From Candidatus Eiseniibacteriota bacterium (lineage in GTDB: Bacteria > Eisenbacteria > RBG-16-71-46 > CAZAMP01): a stretch of 64,000 bases of DNA. The position numbers and the translations under genes were made by a program. Location of the stretch: positions 2,624,001 through 2,688,000 of the forward strand of contig OZ245046.1 in NCBI GenBank assembly GCA_965224245.1. Direction: 5' to 3'. Below are positions 55,455 to 64,000 of this stretch, in pieces. The notes beneath the pieces are model-generated. The model was given only the letters and a program-made list of their open reading frames with translations. It was not told the DNA's origin and searched no databases. Each line of letters starts with the position of its first letter. The stretch's first letter is position 1.

Positions 55455-56906
55455 ATGACCTTGAGGTCCGTGGTCCAAGGCGCGCTCGCGACCGCACTCG
55501 TCGCGACCACCGTCGGCCCGAACTCCGCCTCGGCGGTGACCTCGGTTCGAATCAACAACACGCTCTCGAATCCGCTCTACGTCTGCGCCCCACCGGGCGA
55601 CGAGCGGATCTTCGTCGTACAGCAGACGGGCGAGATCGTGATCTTGAATCAGACGGGGACCGAGATCGCGACGTTCCTGGACATCGATCCTCTGGTGCTG
55701 ACCAGCGGAGAGCGCGGCCTCCTCGGCATGGCGTTCTCGCCGACCTACGAGACCGACCGGCTCTTTTACGTGAACTACACCAACAACTCCGGCAGCACGG
55801 TCATCGCGCGCTACCAGACGGACGCGGCCGACCCGAACCAGGCCGACCCCGGGTCGGCCGAGATCCTCTTGACGATCGCGCAGCCGTTCTCGAACCACAA
55901 CGGCGGCCGGATCCTGTTCGGCTCCGACGGTTATCTGTACATCGGCATGGGCGACGGGGGATCGGGCGGCGATCCCGGCAACCGCGCACAGACCCTGTCC
56001 CAGATCCTGGGGAAGATCCTCCGCATCGACGTGAGCGGCGGGCTCGGCTCGGGGTACTCGGTTCCGCCCAGCAATCCGTTCGCCGACGGCGGCGGCCTGG
56101 GCGAGATCTGGGCGTACGGCATCCGGAACCCGTGGGGCATGGACTTCGATCCCGACACCGGCGACTTCTACTTCTGCGACGTCGGCCAGAACGCGTGGGA
56201 AGAGCTGAACGTCGAGCCCGCCGGCGACCCCGGCGGCCTCAACTACGGCTGGCGCGTGATGGAAGGCACGCACTGCTACAACCCGCCCTCGGGCTGCAAC
56301 ACGAGCGGCAAGGTCCTTCCCGTGCACGAGTACTCGCACAGCCTCGGGTGCTCGGTGACCGGCGGTATGGTCTATCGCGGCTCGATCGCCGAGATCGACG
56401 GTCACTACTTCTTCGCCGACTACTGCAGCCGTCGCATCTGGAGCTTCGTGTGGGACGGTGGGGGCGGCATCTCTAGCCTCGTCGAGCGGACGTCCGAGCT
56501 GGTCCCCGACGTGGGCATCATCTCCAGCATCGTCGGCTTCGGCCGCGACGGCTTCGGCGAGATGTACATCTGCGACCACGGCGGCGAGCTGTTCAAGGTG
56601 ATCGAGGACCCGGTCTCGGTGCCCGACACGACGCCGCTGCGTCCGGACGTCGTCCGCGCGGCACCGAACCCGTTCAAGGGCGTCACGAAGATCTCGTTCG
56701 GCATGGAGCCGGGTGTCGAGGTGAGCGTGACCATCCTCGACACGCAGGGCCGCGTCGTGCGCTCGCTGTACGAGGGCGTGGTCGCGGGCGAGCTCGCCTG
56801 GGACGGCCGTGACGACACGGGTCGCGAGATGGCCGCGGGGATCTACCTGGTCCGCGTGGAGGCCGACGGCATCACGACGCAGAGCCGGGTGACGCTCTTC
56901 AAGTAG
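55455..56906 (+). CDS. PQQ-dependent sugar dehydrogenase (GSDH) with FlgD-Ig/T9SS-like C-terminal domain
   Basis: AAGGAGG RBS; GERGLLG, NHNGG, GDGG, GKILRID, GIRNPW, NYGW; C-terminal AAPNPF...WDGRDDTG...GIYLVR. Confidence 0.92.
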   Translation: MTLRSVVQGALATALVATTVGPNSASAVTSVRINNTLSNPLYVCAPPGDERIFVVQQTGEIVILNQTGTEIATFLDIDPLVLTSGERGLLGMAFSPTYETDRLFYVNYTNNSGSTVIARYQTDAADPNQADPGSAEILLTIAQPFSNHNGGRILFGSDGYLYIGMGDGGSGGDPGNRAQTLSQILGKILRIDVSGGLGSGYSVPPSNPFADGGGLGEIWAYGIRNPWGMDFDPDTGDFYFCDVGQNAWEELNVEPAGDPGGLNYGWRVMEGTHCYNPPSGCNTSGKVLPVHEYSHSLGCSVTGGMVYRGSIAEIDGHYFFADYCSRRIWSFVWDGGGGISSLVERTSELVPDVGIISSIVGFGRDGFGEMYICDHGGELFKVIEDPVSVPDTTPLRPDVVRAAPNPFKGVTKISFGMEPGVEVSVTILDTQGRVVRSLYEGVVAGELAWDGRDDTGREMAAGIYLVRVEADGITTQSRVTLFK

Positions 56907-56941
56907 GTCTCGCAACCATCGCGAGACGAGCGCCGATCGAC

Positions 56942-56969
56942 GGCGCGGTCGCCAGAGGGCGACCGCGCC
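56942..56969. terminator. 12-bp hairpin between convergent genes
   Basis: GGCGCGGTCGCC-AGAG-GGCGACCGCGCC; no clear U-tract. Confidence 0.5.
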
Positions 56970-57036
56970 CCTGCCTCTCGTCACCTTCGCGGGTCGTGCT
57001 CAGGCGAACCGAGCCGCACCGCGCGGCGGATCCGGA

Positions 57037-57795
57037 TCACGGGTTCGCGAAGACTCCGATCATGGCTCCCAGGGGATCGGCGAACACCGAGAAGCGCCCC
57101 GTGCCCGGGATGTTCGTGGGGGGCACGAACACCTGCGCCCCGGCCGCGGTGGCCCGGGCCACCGTCTCGTCGGTGTCGGTGACCACGACGTAGTAGAGCC
57201 AGTGCGACGGCACGGATACCCCCGGCGGCATCGGCATCAGTCCCGCGGCATCGGTCTCTCCCCGCTTGAAGACGGTGTACGTCGTGCCGTCGGGCATCGG
57301 GGTCCGGCCCTCGGACCAGCCGAAGAGCTCGTTGTAGAACATCACCGCCGCGGCCGGATCCTGTGCGTTGTACTGCTGCCAGCCGAAGTGCCCCACCGGC
57401 GCGGGTCCTCGCCGCTCGGGCGGCGGTATCGTGGCGAACGTGATCGGCGCGATCGTCCCGCCCTGGGGATCGGCGAGCACGGCGAGCCGCCCCACCGACG
57501 CGACGTCGATCGGGCCGGCCAGGCGCTCGGCGCCCGCGGACGTCGCGCGGGTGATCGCGTGGTCGACCCCGTCGACCATCACGTAGCCCAGCCAGTGAGG
57601 TGGCGCCTCGACCAGGTCCGACAGCGGGAACACCCCACCGATGCTGGTCTCTCCGGACCAGATCGTGTGGTACGGGCGATCGGCGAGGTGCGTCTCCTCG
57701 ATGCGCCAGTCGAACAGGTCGGAGTAGAACGCGATCGTACGCTCCACGTCGGGCGTCAGGGCCTCGTACCAGACGAAACGAGCAGTGTCCGACAT
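57037..57795 (-). CDS. VOC/glyoxalase family protein (two domains)
   Basis: FVWYE, FYSDLFDW, HWLGY, DPQGG; second domain FYNELFGW, HWLYY, DPLGA; GGAGG RBS. Confidence 0.9.
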   Translation of the reverse strand: MSDTARFVWYEALTPDVERTIAFYSDLFDWRIEETHLADRPYHTIWSGETSIGGVFPLSDLVEAPPHWLGYVMVDGVDHAITRATSAGAERLAGPIDVASVGRLAVLADPQGGTIAPITFATIPPPERRGPAPVGHFGWQQYNAQDPAAAVMFYNELFGWSEGRTPMPDGTTYTVFKRGETDAAGLMPMPPGVSVPSHWLYYVVVTDTDETVARATAAGAQVFVPPTNIPGTGRFSVFADPLGAMIGVFANP

Positions 57796-57813
57796 CGTGC
57801 GGCCTCCAGATCG

Positions 57814-59292
57814 TCACGGGCTCTCGAGCGCATCGCGACGTCCCGCGTCGGCGAGCGCTCGCCGCACCCACGGCAGTAGCACGTAGGCGGGGAATCCGAG
57901 AAAGAACGTCAACAGGAAGTACGGCGCGTATCCGAGCGACTCGGCCCCGAACCCGCTGACCAGCCCCGCCACCGAACGGCTGAGCGCGAAGAACGCGGAC
58001 AGGATCGCATACTCGCTGGCCGAATTCTTGCGTGAGACGATCGCCATCAGAAACGCCAGGAACGCGCCGGTCCCCAGCCCGCCGGTGAACGACTCGATCA
58101 CGCTGGCGGTGTACATCACGCGGGCGGTCGCGAAGGTCACCTCGCCCTCGGGGACGGGAACGATCACGTACGCCGCATAGGCATACCCGAGGTTCGAGGC
58201 GGCCTGCAACAGCCCCAGCGACCAGAGCCCGCGGAAGATCCCCACCCGGTCGGTGATCATGCCGCCGACGACCCCTCCGAGAATGGACAGCCAGATGCCC
58301 ACGTTGACCGAGACGAGCCCGATCTGGGTGGCGGTGAAGCCGGAGTCCACCCAGAAGGGCTTCACCATGAAGCCCATCGCGGTGTCCGAGAGCTTGAAGA
58401 TCAGGATAAACACGACCACGGGGATGATCCCCGGCCTCGACAGCACCTCCATCAGGGATCCGAACATCACGCCCTCGGACAGCCGCACCTCGTCGCGGCG
58501 ATCCCGGGCCGACGCCAGGAGCGCGCTGCCGCCCAGGAGCGCCGCCGAGGCCCCGAGCGCGATCCACCAGAACCGGGGCTCGTCGCGTGACCACTTCGCC
58601 CCCTGGTCGGCCAGCCACACGATCACCAGCAGAAACGCCAGCACGAGCGCCACCGCGCCCGGGCGGGCGACGAGCGCCGCCCATTCGCGTCCGATGCTGA
58701 CCCGGGCCTTTCGGACGACGTCACGCTCCAGGGGCGCTGTCAGGCAGACGCTCCCCAGCGCCACCAGCAGCACCGAGGTGACCAGGTAGATCTGCCACCA
58801 CTCGAGCCAGCGGTCGAGGACGAGGAGGAGACCCGCGAACGACATCGCCACGCGGTACGCGGCGATGCGAAGCCCGTTGCCCAGCCCCAGGAGCCGTCGC
58901 TCCAGGTGCTCGATCGAGTAGCCGTCGATCGCGATGTCGTTCGTGGCCGACAGAATCGTGAATGCAGCGATCGCGATCCAGGTGCCGGGGCCGAACGTGC
59001 CCGAGAGCGCGACCGTGACCAGGACCAGCGCCATCCCGAGATCGGCGCCGAACATCCAGCGCCGGTGGTGGCGGTAGCGGTCAACGGCGGGGGCCCAGAG
59101 CACCTTGACCGTCCACGCCAGCCCCAGGAGGCTCATGAACCCGATCTTCCAGAGCTCGACGCCTTCCTGGCGGAAATGGACCGGGAACAGGTCGTAGAAG
59201 ATCCCCAGCGGGAGCCCCTCGGCGAAGTAGAGGATCGCGATCCAGAACAGGAATCGGCGACCAGGGCGTCGGGACTCGTCTGCGTCGTGCAT
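57814..59292 (-). CDS. ampG: AmpG-like MFS permease
   Basis: LYFAEGLP, WTVKVLWAPAVD, SATNDIAIDG, IESFTGGLGT, SASEYAILS. Confidence 0.8.
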   Translation of the reverse strand: MHDADESRRPGRRFLFWIAILYFAEGLPLGIFYDLFPVHFRQEGVELWKIGFMSLLGLAWTVKVLWAPAVDRYRHHRRWMFGADLGMALVLVTVALSGTFGPGTWIAIAAFTILSATNDIAIDGYSIEHLERRLLGLGNGLRIAAYRVAMSFAGLLLVLDRWLEWWQIYLVTSVLLVALGSVCLTAPLERDVVRKARVSIGREWAALVARPGAVALVLAFLLVIVWLADQGAKWSRDEPRFWWIALGASAALLGGSALLASARDRRDEVRLSEGVMFGSLMEVLSRPGIIPVVVFILIFKLSDTAMGFMVKPFWVDSGFTATQIGLVSVNVGIWLSILGGVVGGMITDRVGIFRGLWSLGLLQAASNLGYAYAAYVIVPVPEGEVTFATARVMYTASVIESFTGGLGTGAFLAFLMAIVSRKNSASEYAILSAFFALSRSVAGLVSGFGAESLGYAPYFLLTFFLGFPAYVLLPWVRRALADAGRRDALESP

Positions 59293-59299
59293 GCGCGGT

Positions 59300-59328
59300 A
59301 CCTTAAGTCGGACCCCCGCCCCATTCAA
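59300..59328 (-). promoter_or_regulatory. leaderless promoter TTGAAT-N17-TAAGGT for the ampG-like gene
   Basis: -35 at 59323-59328, -10 at 59300-59305, ATG 7 nt downstream; no SD. Confidence 0.6.
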
Positions 59329-59445
59329 CGCCGGAGCCGGACACGCCGCATCATTCCTGGGTACATACGAAAGAGCGGGCCGCCGGCGCGGGGGTCGACT
59401 AAGATCCCGGCTCCAGGGGCGGTACGAAGATCCCGGTCCGGAGGT

Positions 59446-59474
59446 TTGGTACGGCCCTGCCGACCTGCTAAGGT
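59446..59474 (+). promoter_or_regulatory. putative promoter TTGGTA-N17-TAAGGT for the peptide ABC operon
   Basis: -35 at 59446-59451, -10 at 59469-59474. Confidence 0.5.
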
Positions 59475-59614
59475 TCCCGGTCGCAACGTATTCTGATGGG
59501 AGCGGGCGGGCGTGACCGGACCAGTCGGTCCGGCGGGTCCGAGGATCGACTCGTTCGTGGCGGTGGCCGATCGGCCGATGCCCCGGCCGATGCACGAAGG
59601 GAAGCACCAGATCG

Positions 59615-60667
59615 ATGGCAAAGTCGCGAGGGCACGCGCTTCGAAACTACGTCATCCGGCGTCTCTTCCTGATGATCCCCACGTTCATCGGCATCACCAT
59701 GGTCGTGTTCCTCCTGTGTCAGTTCGTGCCCGGCGGACCGATCGATCAGATCCGGCTCCAGCTCGCCGGCGGCGGCGTCACCGGAGAGTCCGGACAGAGC
59801 GGCGGGCGCACCTCGATGTCGGCCGACATCCCCGAGCGCCAGCTGAACCTCCTGAACGAGTACTACGGGTTCGATCTCCCGCCCATCTTCCGGTATCTGC
59901 GCTACCTGGGTCAGGTCGTGCGCTTCGATCTGGGCGACAGCTTCGCGTACACCCAGCCGGTCGAGAACCTGATCCTGTCCCGGATGCCGGTCTCGCTGTT
60001 CTACGGAGGGATCAGCGTCGTCCTGACGTATCTCGTGTGCATACCGCTGGGCGTGCTGAAGGCGATCAAGCACAAGACGTTGATCGACACCGGGACGTCG
60101 CTCGCGATCTTCATCGCGTACTCCATTCCCGGGTATGCGCTCGGCGTCGTGCTGCTGGCGCTGTTCGCGGTGCAGCGTGAGTGGTTCCCGCTCTCCGGAT
60201 TCACCAGCAGCGATTTCTCGACCCTCGACACCTTCGGCAAGATCAAGGACATCGCCCACCACGCCGTCCTGCCTCTCATCTGCTGGACGCTGCACCTGTT
60301 CGCGCTGATGACCCTGCTGATGAAGAACAGCCTGATGGAGAACATGGGCGCCGACTACGTCAAGACGGCACTGGCCAAGGGTCTCACCTGGCCGCGAGCC
60401 GTCTTCGTGCACGCGCTCCGGAACTCGCTGATCCCGCTCGCCACGAGCTTCGGGAACAACATCAGCTTCGTGATGGCGGGCTCGATCCTCCTGGAGACGG
60501 TGTTCGGCATCCCCGGGATGGGCCTGCTCGCGTTCGACTCGCTGTTGAACCGGGACTACCCGGTGGTGATGGGGCTCACGGTCGTCAACGCGATGCTGCT
60601 CCTGGTCGGCAACCTCCTGTCGGATCTGACCGTCGCCGCCGTCGATCCCCGGGTGAGGTTCGAGTGA
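59615..60667 (+). CDS. yejB: peptide ABC transporter permease (YejB-like)
   Basis: YVIRRLFLMIPT, QFVPGGP, YGFDLP, YVKTALAKGL, HALRNSLIP, VDPRVRFE. Confidence 0.85.
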   Translation: MAKSRGHALRNYVIRRLFLMIPTFIGITMVVFLLCQFVPGGPIDQIRLQLAGGGVTGESGQSGGRTSMSADIPERQLNLLNEYYGFDLPPIFRYLRYLGQVVRFDLGDSFAYTQPVENLILSRMPVSLFYGGISVVLTYLVCIPLGVLKAIKHKTLIDTGTSLAIFIAYSIPGYALGVVLLALFAVQREWFPLSGFTSSDFSTLDTFGKIKDIAHHAVLPLICWTLHLFALMTLLMKNSLMENMGADYVKTALAKGLTWPRAVFVHALRNSLIPLATSFGNNISFVMAGSILLETVFGIPGMGLLAFDSLLNRDYPVVMGLTVVNAMLLLVGNLLSDLTVAAVDPRVRFE

Positions 60668-61731
60668 TGCCGTTCATCCGCATCGATCCGGTCACCCGGA
60701 AACGGATCCAGCGATTTCGCCGGATCAGGCGAGGCTACTACTCGCTGATGGTGCTCATCGTGCTGACGGCGCTCTCGCTGCTGTCCAATTTCCTGTGCAA
60801 CAGCCGGGCCATCGCCGTCTACTACGAAGGCGAGCTCTACTTCCCCACGTTCAAGTTCTACGACATGGCCACGTTCGGCCAGGTCGACGATCTCGGGTTC
60901 GACGACGTCGAGGCCGACTATCGCGCGCTGCGGACGCAGATCGAGGAAGAGGGCAAGGGCTGGGTGCTGATGCCGCCCATCACGTTCGATCCCTACGAGT
61001 CGGACTTCGATTACTACGACGACCCGCCGCCCAACGCGCCGGACTCCCGGCACATCCTCGGCACCGACGGCCAGGGCCGCGACGTGTTCGCGCGAATCCT
61101 GTACGGGTTTCGGATCTCCATCACGTTCGCCGTGGTGCTGGTCGCGATCGGTCAGACGATCGGCACGATCATCGGCTCGTTGCTGGGCTTCCTGGGCGGA
61201 TGGTTCGACAGTATCTCCCAGCGTCTGATCGAGATCTGGGGATCGCTGCCGTTCCTGTACGTCGTGATCATCCTGGGCACGTTCCTGGGACGATCGTTCC
61301 TGGTGCTGATCCTGATCCTGGCCATGTTCCAGTGGATCAGCATGACCTACTACATGCGAACGGAGATGTACCGGGAGAAGTCGCGCGAGTATTGCCTCGC
61401 GGCGCGCTCGTTCGGTGCCTCGAGACGGCGCATGATCTTCCGGCACTTGCTGCCGAACTGCATCACGCCGCTGGTCACGTTCACGCCGTTCGCCGTCATC
61501 GGCGCCATCAGCGCGCTCACGTCCCTGGACTACCTGGGATTCGGGCTGCCGGCACCCACCCCCAGCTGGGGCGAGCTGATCCGACAGGCGCTGCAAACCG
61601 ACAATCGCGACGCGCTCTGGCTGAGCCTCTCGCCGCTGTTCGCGATCTCGATCACGCTGATTCTCGTGAACCTGATCGGTGAGTCGGTGCGCGAGGCATT
61701 CGATCCGAAACAGTACGCCCGCTATCGCTGA
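60667..61731 (+). CDS. yejE: peptide ABC transporter permease (YejE-like)
   Basis: RFRRIRRGYYSL, LGTDGQGRDVFARILYGFRIS, RHLLPN, LDYLGFGLP..TPSWGE, GESVREAFDP. Confidence 0.85.
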   Translation: MPFIRIDPVTRKRIQRFRRIRRGYYSLMVLIVLTALSLLSNFLCNSRAIAVYYEGELYFPTFKFYDMATFGQVDDLGFDDVEADYRALRTQIEEEGKGWVLMPPITFDPYESDFDYYDDPPPNAPDSRHILGTDGQGRDVFARILYGFRISITFAVVLVAIGQTIGTIIGSLLGFLGGWFDSISQRLIEIWGSLPFLYVVIILGTFLGRSFLVLILILAMFQWISMTYYMRTEMYREKSREYCLAARSFGASRRRMIFRHLLPNCITPLVTFTPFAVIGAISALTSLDYLGFGLPAPTPSWGELIRQALQTDNRDALWLSLSPLFAISITLILVNLIGESVREAFDPKQYARYR

Positions 61732-61805
61732 GGCACGTCCGGCGAGACCGAGCGACGGAAGTCGCCCACCTCGAGCGGGGCGGGGCGTCAAAAGGGAGCA
61801 GAGAC

Positions 61806-63647
61806 ATGAACCGACAGTCGCATCCGGGACGCCACCTTCTTCACCGGCTCGCGCCACTGCTCGCGGCCGTGCCGATCCTCGCATCCGGCGCCCGGGCCCA
61901 GGATGGGATCGTCTGGGAGACCAATGACGCCTCGCCCATGATCGGCTCGCCCGAGGCGCAGCGCGGCGGCACGCTCCACACGTACGTGCAGGGCTACCCG
62001 TTGACGTTCCGTCTGATGGGCCCCAACTCGAACGACGGCTTCTCGGGATGGAAGCGCGCGTTCTCGATGGACCTCCCGCTGGTGAACCGCCATCCGCAGA
62101 CGGACGAGTTCATTCCCTGTCTGGCCACCCACTGGTCGGTCCAGCCGGACAACAAGACCGTCTACTACAAGCTCGACCCGGACGCGCGCTGGAGCGACGG
62201 CGAGCCCATCACCGCCGACGACTACGTGTTCACGCTCGAGATGATGGGCTCGGAGCACATCCTCGACCCGTACTACAACAACCGCGCGGCCGAGTACTAC
62301 GAGTCGGTCGAGAAGATCGACCCCTACACGATCAAGATCGTGGGCCAGTTCGAGAGCTGGCGCACGATCTCGGAGTTCGGCCTGTGGCCGATGCCCAAGC
62401 ACGCCATCACGCTCGACGAGAACTGGATCAAGGACTACAACAACAAGTTCCCGGTGGTCGCGGGTCCGTACGTCATCACCCACGCCGAGGCCGGCCGTTA
62501 CGTGGCCTTCTCGCGACTGGACGACTGGTGGGGCGACGACAAGAAGTACTTCGAGGGCCTCTACAACGTGGACGAGATCGTGGTCCATGCGATTCGCGAG
62601 ACCGACCGCGCGTTCGACTTCTTCAAGACCGGCGAGCTGAGCTTCTACCTGGTCAACACGGCCAAGATCTGGGCCGAGGAGATGCGGTTCGAGGCCGTCC
62701 GGAACGGCTGGGCCCACCGCAAGCGCGTGTTCGTCGACTTCCCCAGCGGCATGTACGGGTTCGCGATGAACCTGAACCGACCGGTCTTCCAGAACAAGGA
62801 CTTCCGCAAGGGGCTCTTCTACGCGTTCGACTTCGACGAGATCAACGAGAACCTGATGTACAACGCGTACTATCGGAAGAACTCGGTGTTCGCGGGCACC
62901 CGGTACGGCGATCCGGAGCTTCCGATGCCCCGCTTCGACCCCAAGCTCGCGCGTGAGCACTTCGCGGCGGCCGGGTTCCGCAAGCGCGGCTCCGACGGCA
63001 TCCTCGTCGACGATGCGGGCACCCGCGCCAGCTTCACGCTCACCTACGGGTCGCCGGGCCTCGAGCGGCACATGACGGTCGCCAAGCAGAAGTTCAAGCG
63101 CCAGGGCATCGAGATGAACCTCGATCTGCTCGATCCGGCTACCGCGTTCGAGCGCGGGCTCGAGAAGTCGTTCGAGATGACGATCATCAGCCGCACGTCG
63201 GGGCTCTATCCGGCGCCGCATCAGTACTTCTCGTCCGAGTTCGCGAAAAAGCTCCAGAACAACAACATCTTCGCATTCGGCACCGCGTACACCGACTCGT
63301 TGATCGACATCTACCGCTTCAATCTCGACGTCGACGCCCGCGTGCAGGCCATGCACGAGCTGGATCGCACGATCCGCGACGAGTCGTTCTACATCCCGTT
63401 CTGGGACGGTCCGTACAAGCGGTTCGTGTACTGGGACTACGTGAAGTGGCCGGAGTGGTACCTGCCACGCCGCACCGAGCAGCTCTCGGACTGGCACGTG
63501 TTCTGGATCGACACCCAGCGCGAGGCCCAGCTCGAGGATGCCATGGCCAAGGGTGAGGCGTGGACCGAGGACACCGAGGTGGACGTCGATCCCTACGGCA
63601 TCAAGGCGCGCCTGGAGCAGGGCGTCGTGGTCGACAGCGGACTCTAG
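61806..63647 (+). CDS. yejA: family 5 extracellular solute-binding protein (YejA-like)
   Basis: [39 protein letters not shown]...RKGL..AFDF; signal peptide ending ARA. Confidence 0.82.
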   Translation: MNRQSHPGRHLLHRLAPLLAAVPILASGARAQDGIVWETNDASPMIGSPEAQRGGTLHTYVQGYPLTFRLMGPNSNDGFSGWKRAFSMDLPLVNRHPQTDEFIPCLATHWSVQPDNKTVYYKLDPDARWSDGEPITADDYVFTLEMMGSEHILDPYYNNRAAEYYESVEKIDPYTIKIVGQFESWRTISEFGLWPMPKHAITLDENWIKDYNNKFPVVAGPYVITHAEAGRYVAFSRLDDWWGDDKKYFEGLYNVDEIVVHAIRETDRAFDFFKTGELSFYLVNTAKIWAEEMRFEAVRNGWAHRKRVFVDFPSGMYGFAMNLNRPVFQNKDFRKGLFYAFDFDEINENLMYNAYYRKNSVFAGTRYGDPELPMPRFDPKLAREHFAAAGFRKRGSDGILVDDAGTRASFTLTYGSPGLERHMTVAKQKFKRQGIEMNLDLLDPATAFERGLEKSFEMTIISRTSGLYPAPHQYFSSEFAKKLQNNNIFAFGTAYTDSLIDIYRFNLDVDARVQAMHELDRTIRDESFYIPFWDGPYKRFVYWDYVKWPEWYLPRRTEQLSDWHVFWIDTQREAQLEDAMAKGEAWTEDTEVDVDPYGIKARLEQGVVVDSGL

Positions 63648-63661
63648 AGAGGGCGTCCCGG

Positions 63662-64000
63662 GTGTCACTTCTCGAGGTCATCGACCTGCAGACGGTGTTC
63701 GACACCGAGGCGGGTGTGGTCAAGGCCGTGGACGGCGTGTCGTTTGGCGTCGAGCCCGGCAAGATCCTGGGCATCGTCGGCGAGTCCGGGTGCGGCAAGA
63801 GCGTCACGTCCATGTCGATCATGCGACTGGTGCCGTGCCCGCCCGGACGAATCGCCGGCGGCCGGGTCCTCTGGAAGGGCACCGATATCCTCCAGATGGA
63901 TCCCGACAAGCTGCCGGACATCCGCGGCAAAGAGATCGCGATGATCTTCCAGGATCCGATGACGTCGCTGAACCCGGTGTTCACGGTCGAGAAGCAGATC
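63662..64000 (+). CDS. oligopeptide ABC transporter ATP-binding protein (OppD/DppD-like; 3'-truncated)
   Basis: [13 protein letters not shown]...KAVDGVSF...[11 protein letters not shown]...[14 protein letters not shown]; runs off the window and is absent from the ORF track. Confidence 0.92.
   Translation, partial: MSLLEVIDLQTVFDTEAGVVKAVDGVSFGVEPGKILGIVGESGCGKSVTSMSIMRLVPCPPGRIAGGRVLWKGTDILQMDPDKLPDIRGKEIAMIFQDPMTSLNPVFTVEKQI

Noticed and set aside
59300-59414. Rod-like structure considered as 6S RNA, tmRNA or SRP RNA
   Set aside because: No diagnostic motifs recognised, and it overlaps promoter elements. Kept only as a regulatory finding.
1-64000. High frequency of GCGATCGC/CGATCG/TCGA (HIP1-like)
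   Set aside because: Plausibly explained by codon usage (GCG-ATC-GCN, NTC-GAN). I cannot show enrichment without a Markov-model count.
1-64000. CRISPR arrays, tRNA/rRNA genes, transposases, integrases, prophage or defence genes
   Set aside because: No regularly spaced repeats, RNA-gene signatures or corresponding protein motifs were seen.

Overview
A 64-kb, very GC-rich bacterial chromosomal segment, densely coding with about 48 genes. I found no rRNA, tRNA, CRISPR array, integrase or transposase. It carries housekeeping genes (topA, metG, pepA, sppA, ampG-like permease, a Yej/Opp-type peptide ABC operon truncated at the right edge) and many envelope or secreted proteins. The latter include beta-barrels, lipoproteins, two FlgD-Ig/T9SS-like C-terminal-domain proteins and a PEP-CTERM protein. 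Together with a bacilliredoxin, this suggests a diderm of the FCB-related uncultured lineages (e.g. Eisenbacteria/Latescibacterota/Krumholzibacteriota-like); that placement is inference only. The most interesting elements are: (1) a translationally coupled TPR / FG-GAP propeller / TPR-cytochrome c / TIGR02757 operon; (2) an AttEFGH-like ABC + lipocalin module coupled to a GT-C glycosyltransferase and DUF547; (3) a perfect 20-bp CTG-N10-CAG palindrome over the leaderless promoter of a PA0069-family radical SAM gene; (4) a GCS2-CBS ligase / bacilliredoxin / possible Sm-fold protein cluster with its own palindromic operator; (5) an SppA fused to an outer-membrane-barrel-like domain and coupled to a secreted DUF1028-TPR Ntn-hydrolase. 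Family assignments come from recognising motifs by eye, not from database searches. Many start codons were re-chosen from RBS or stop/start overlaps rather than taken from the longest ORF.
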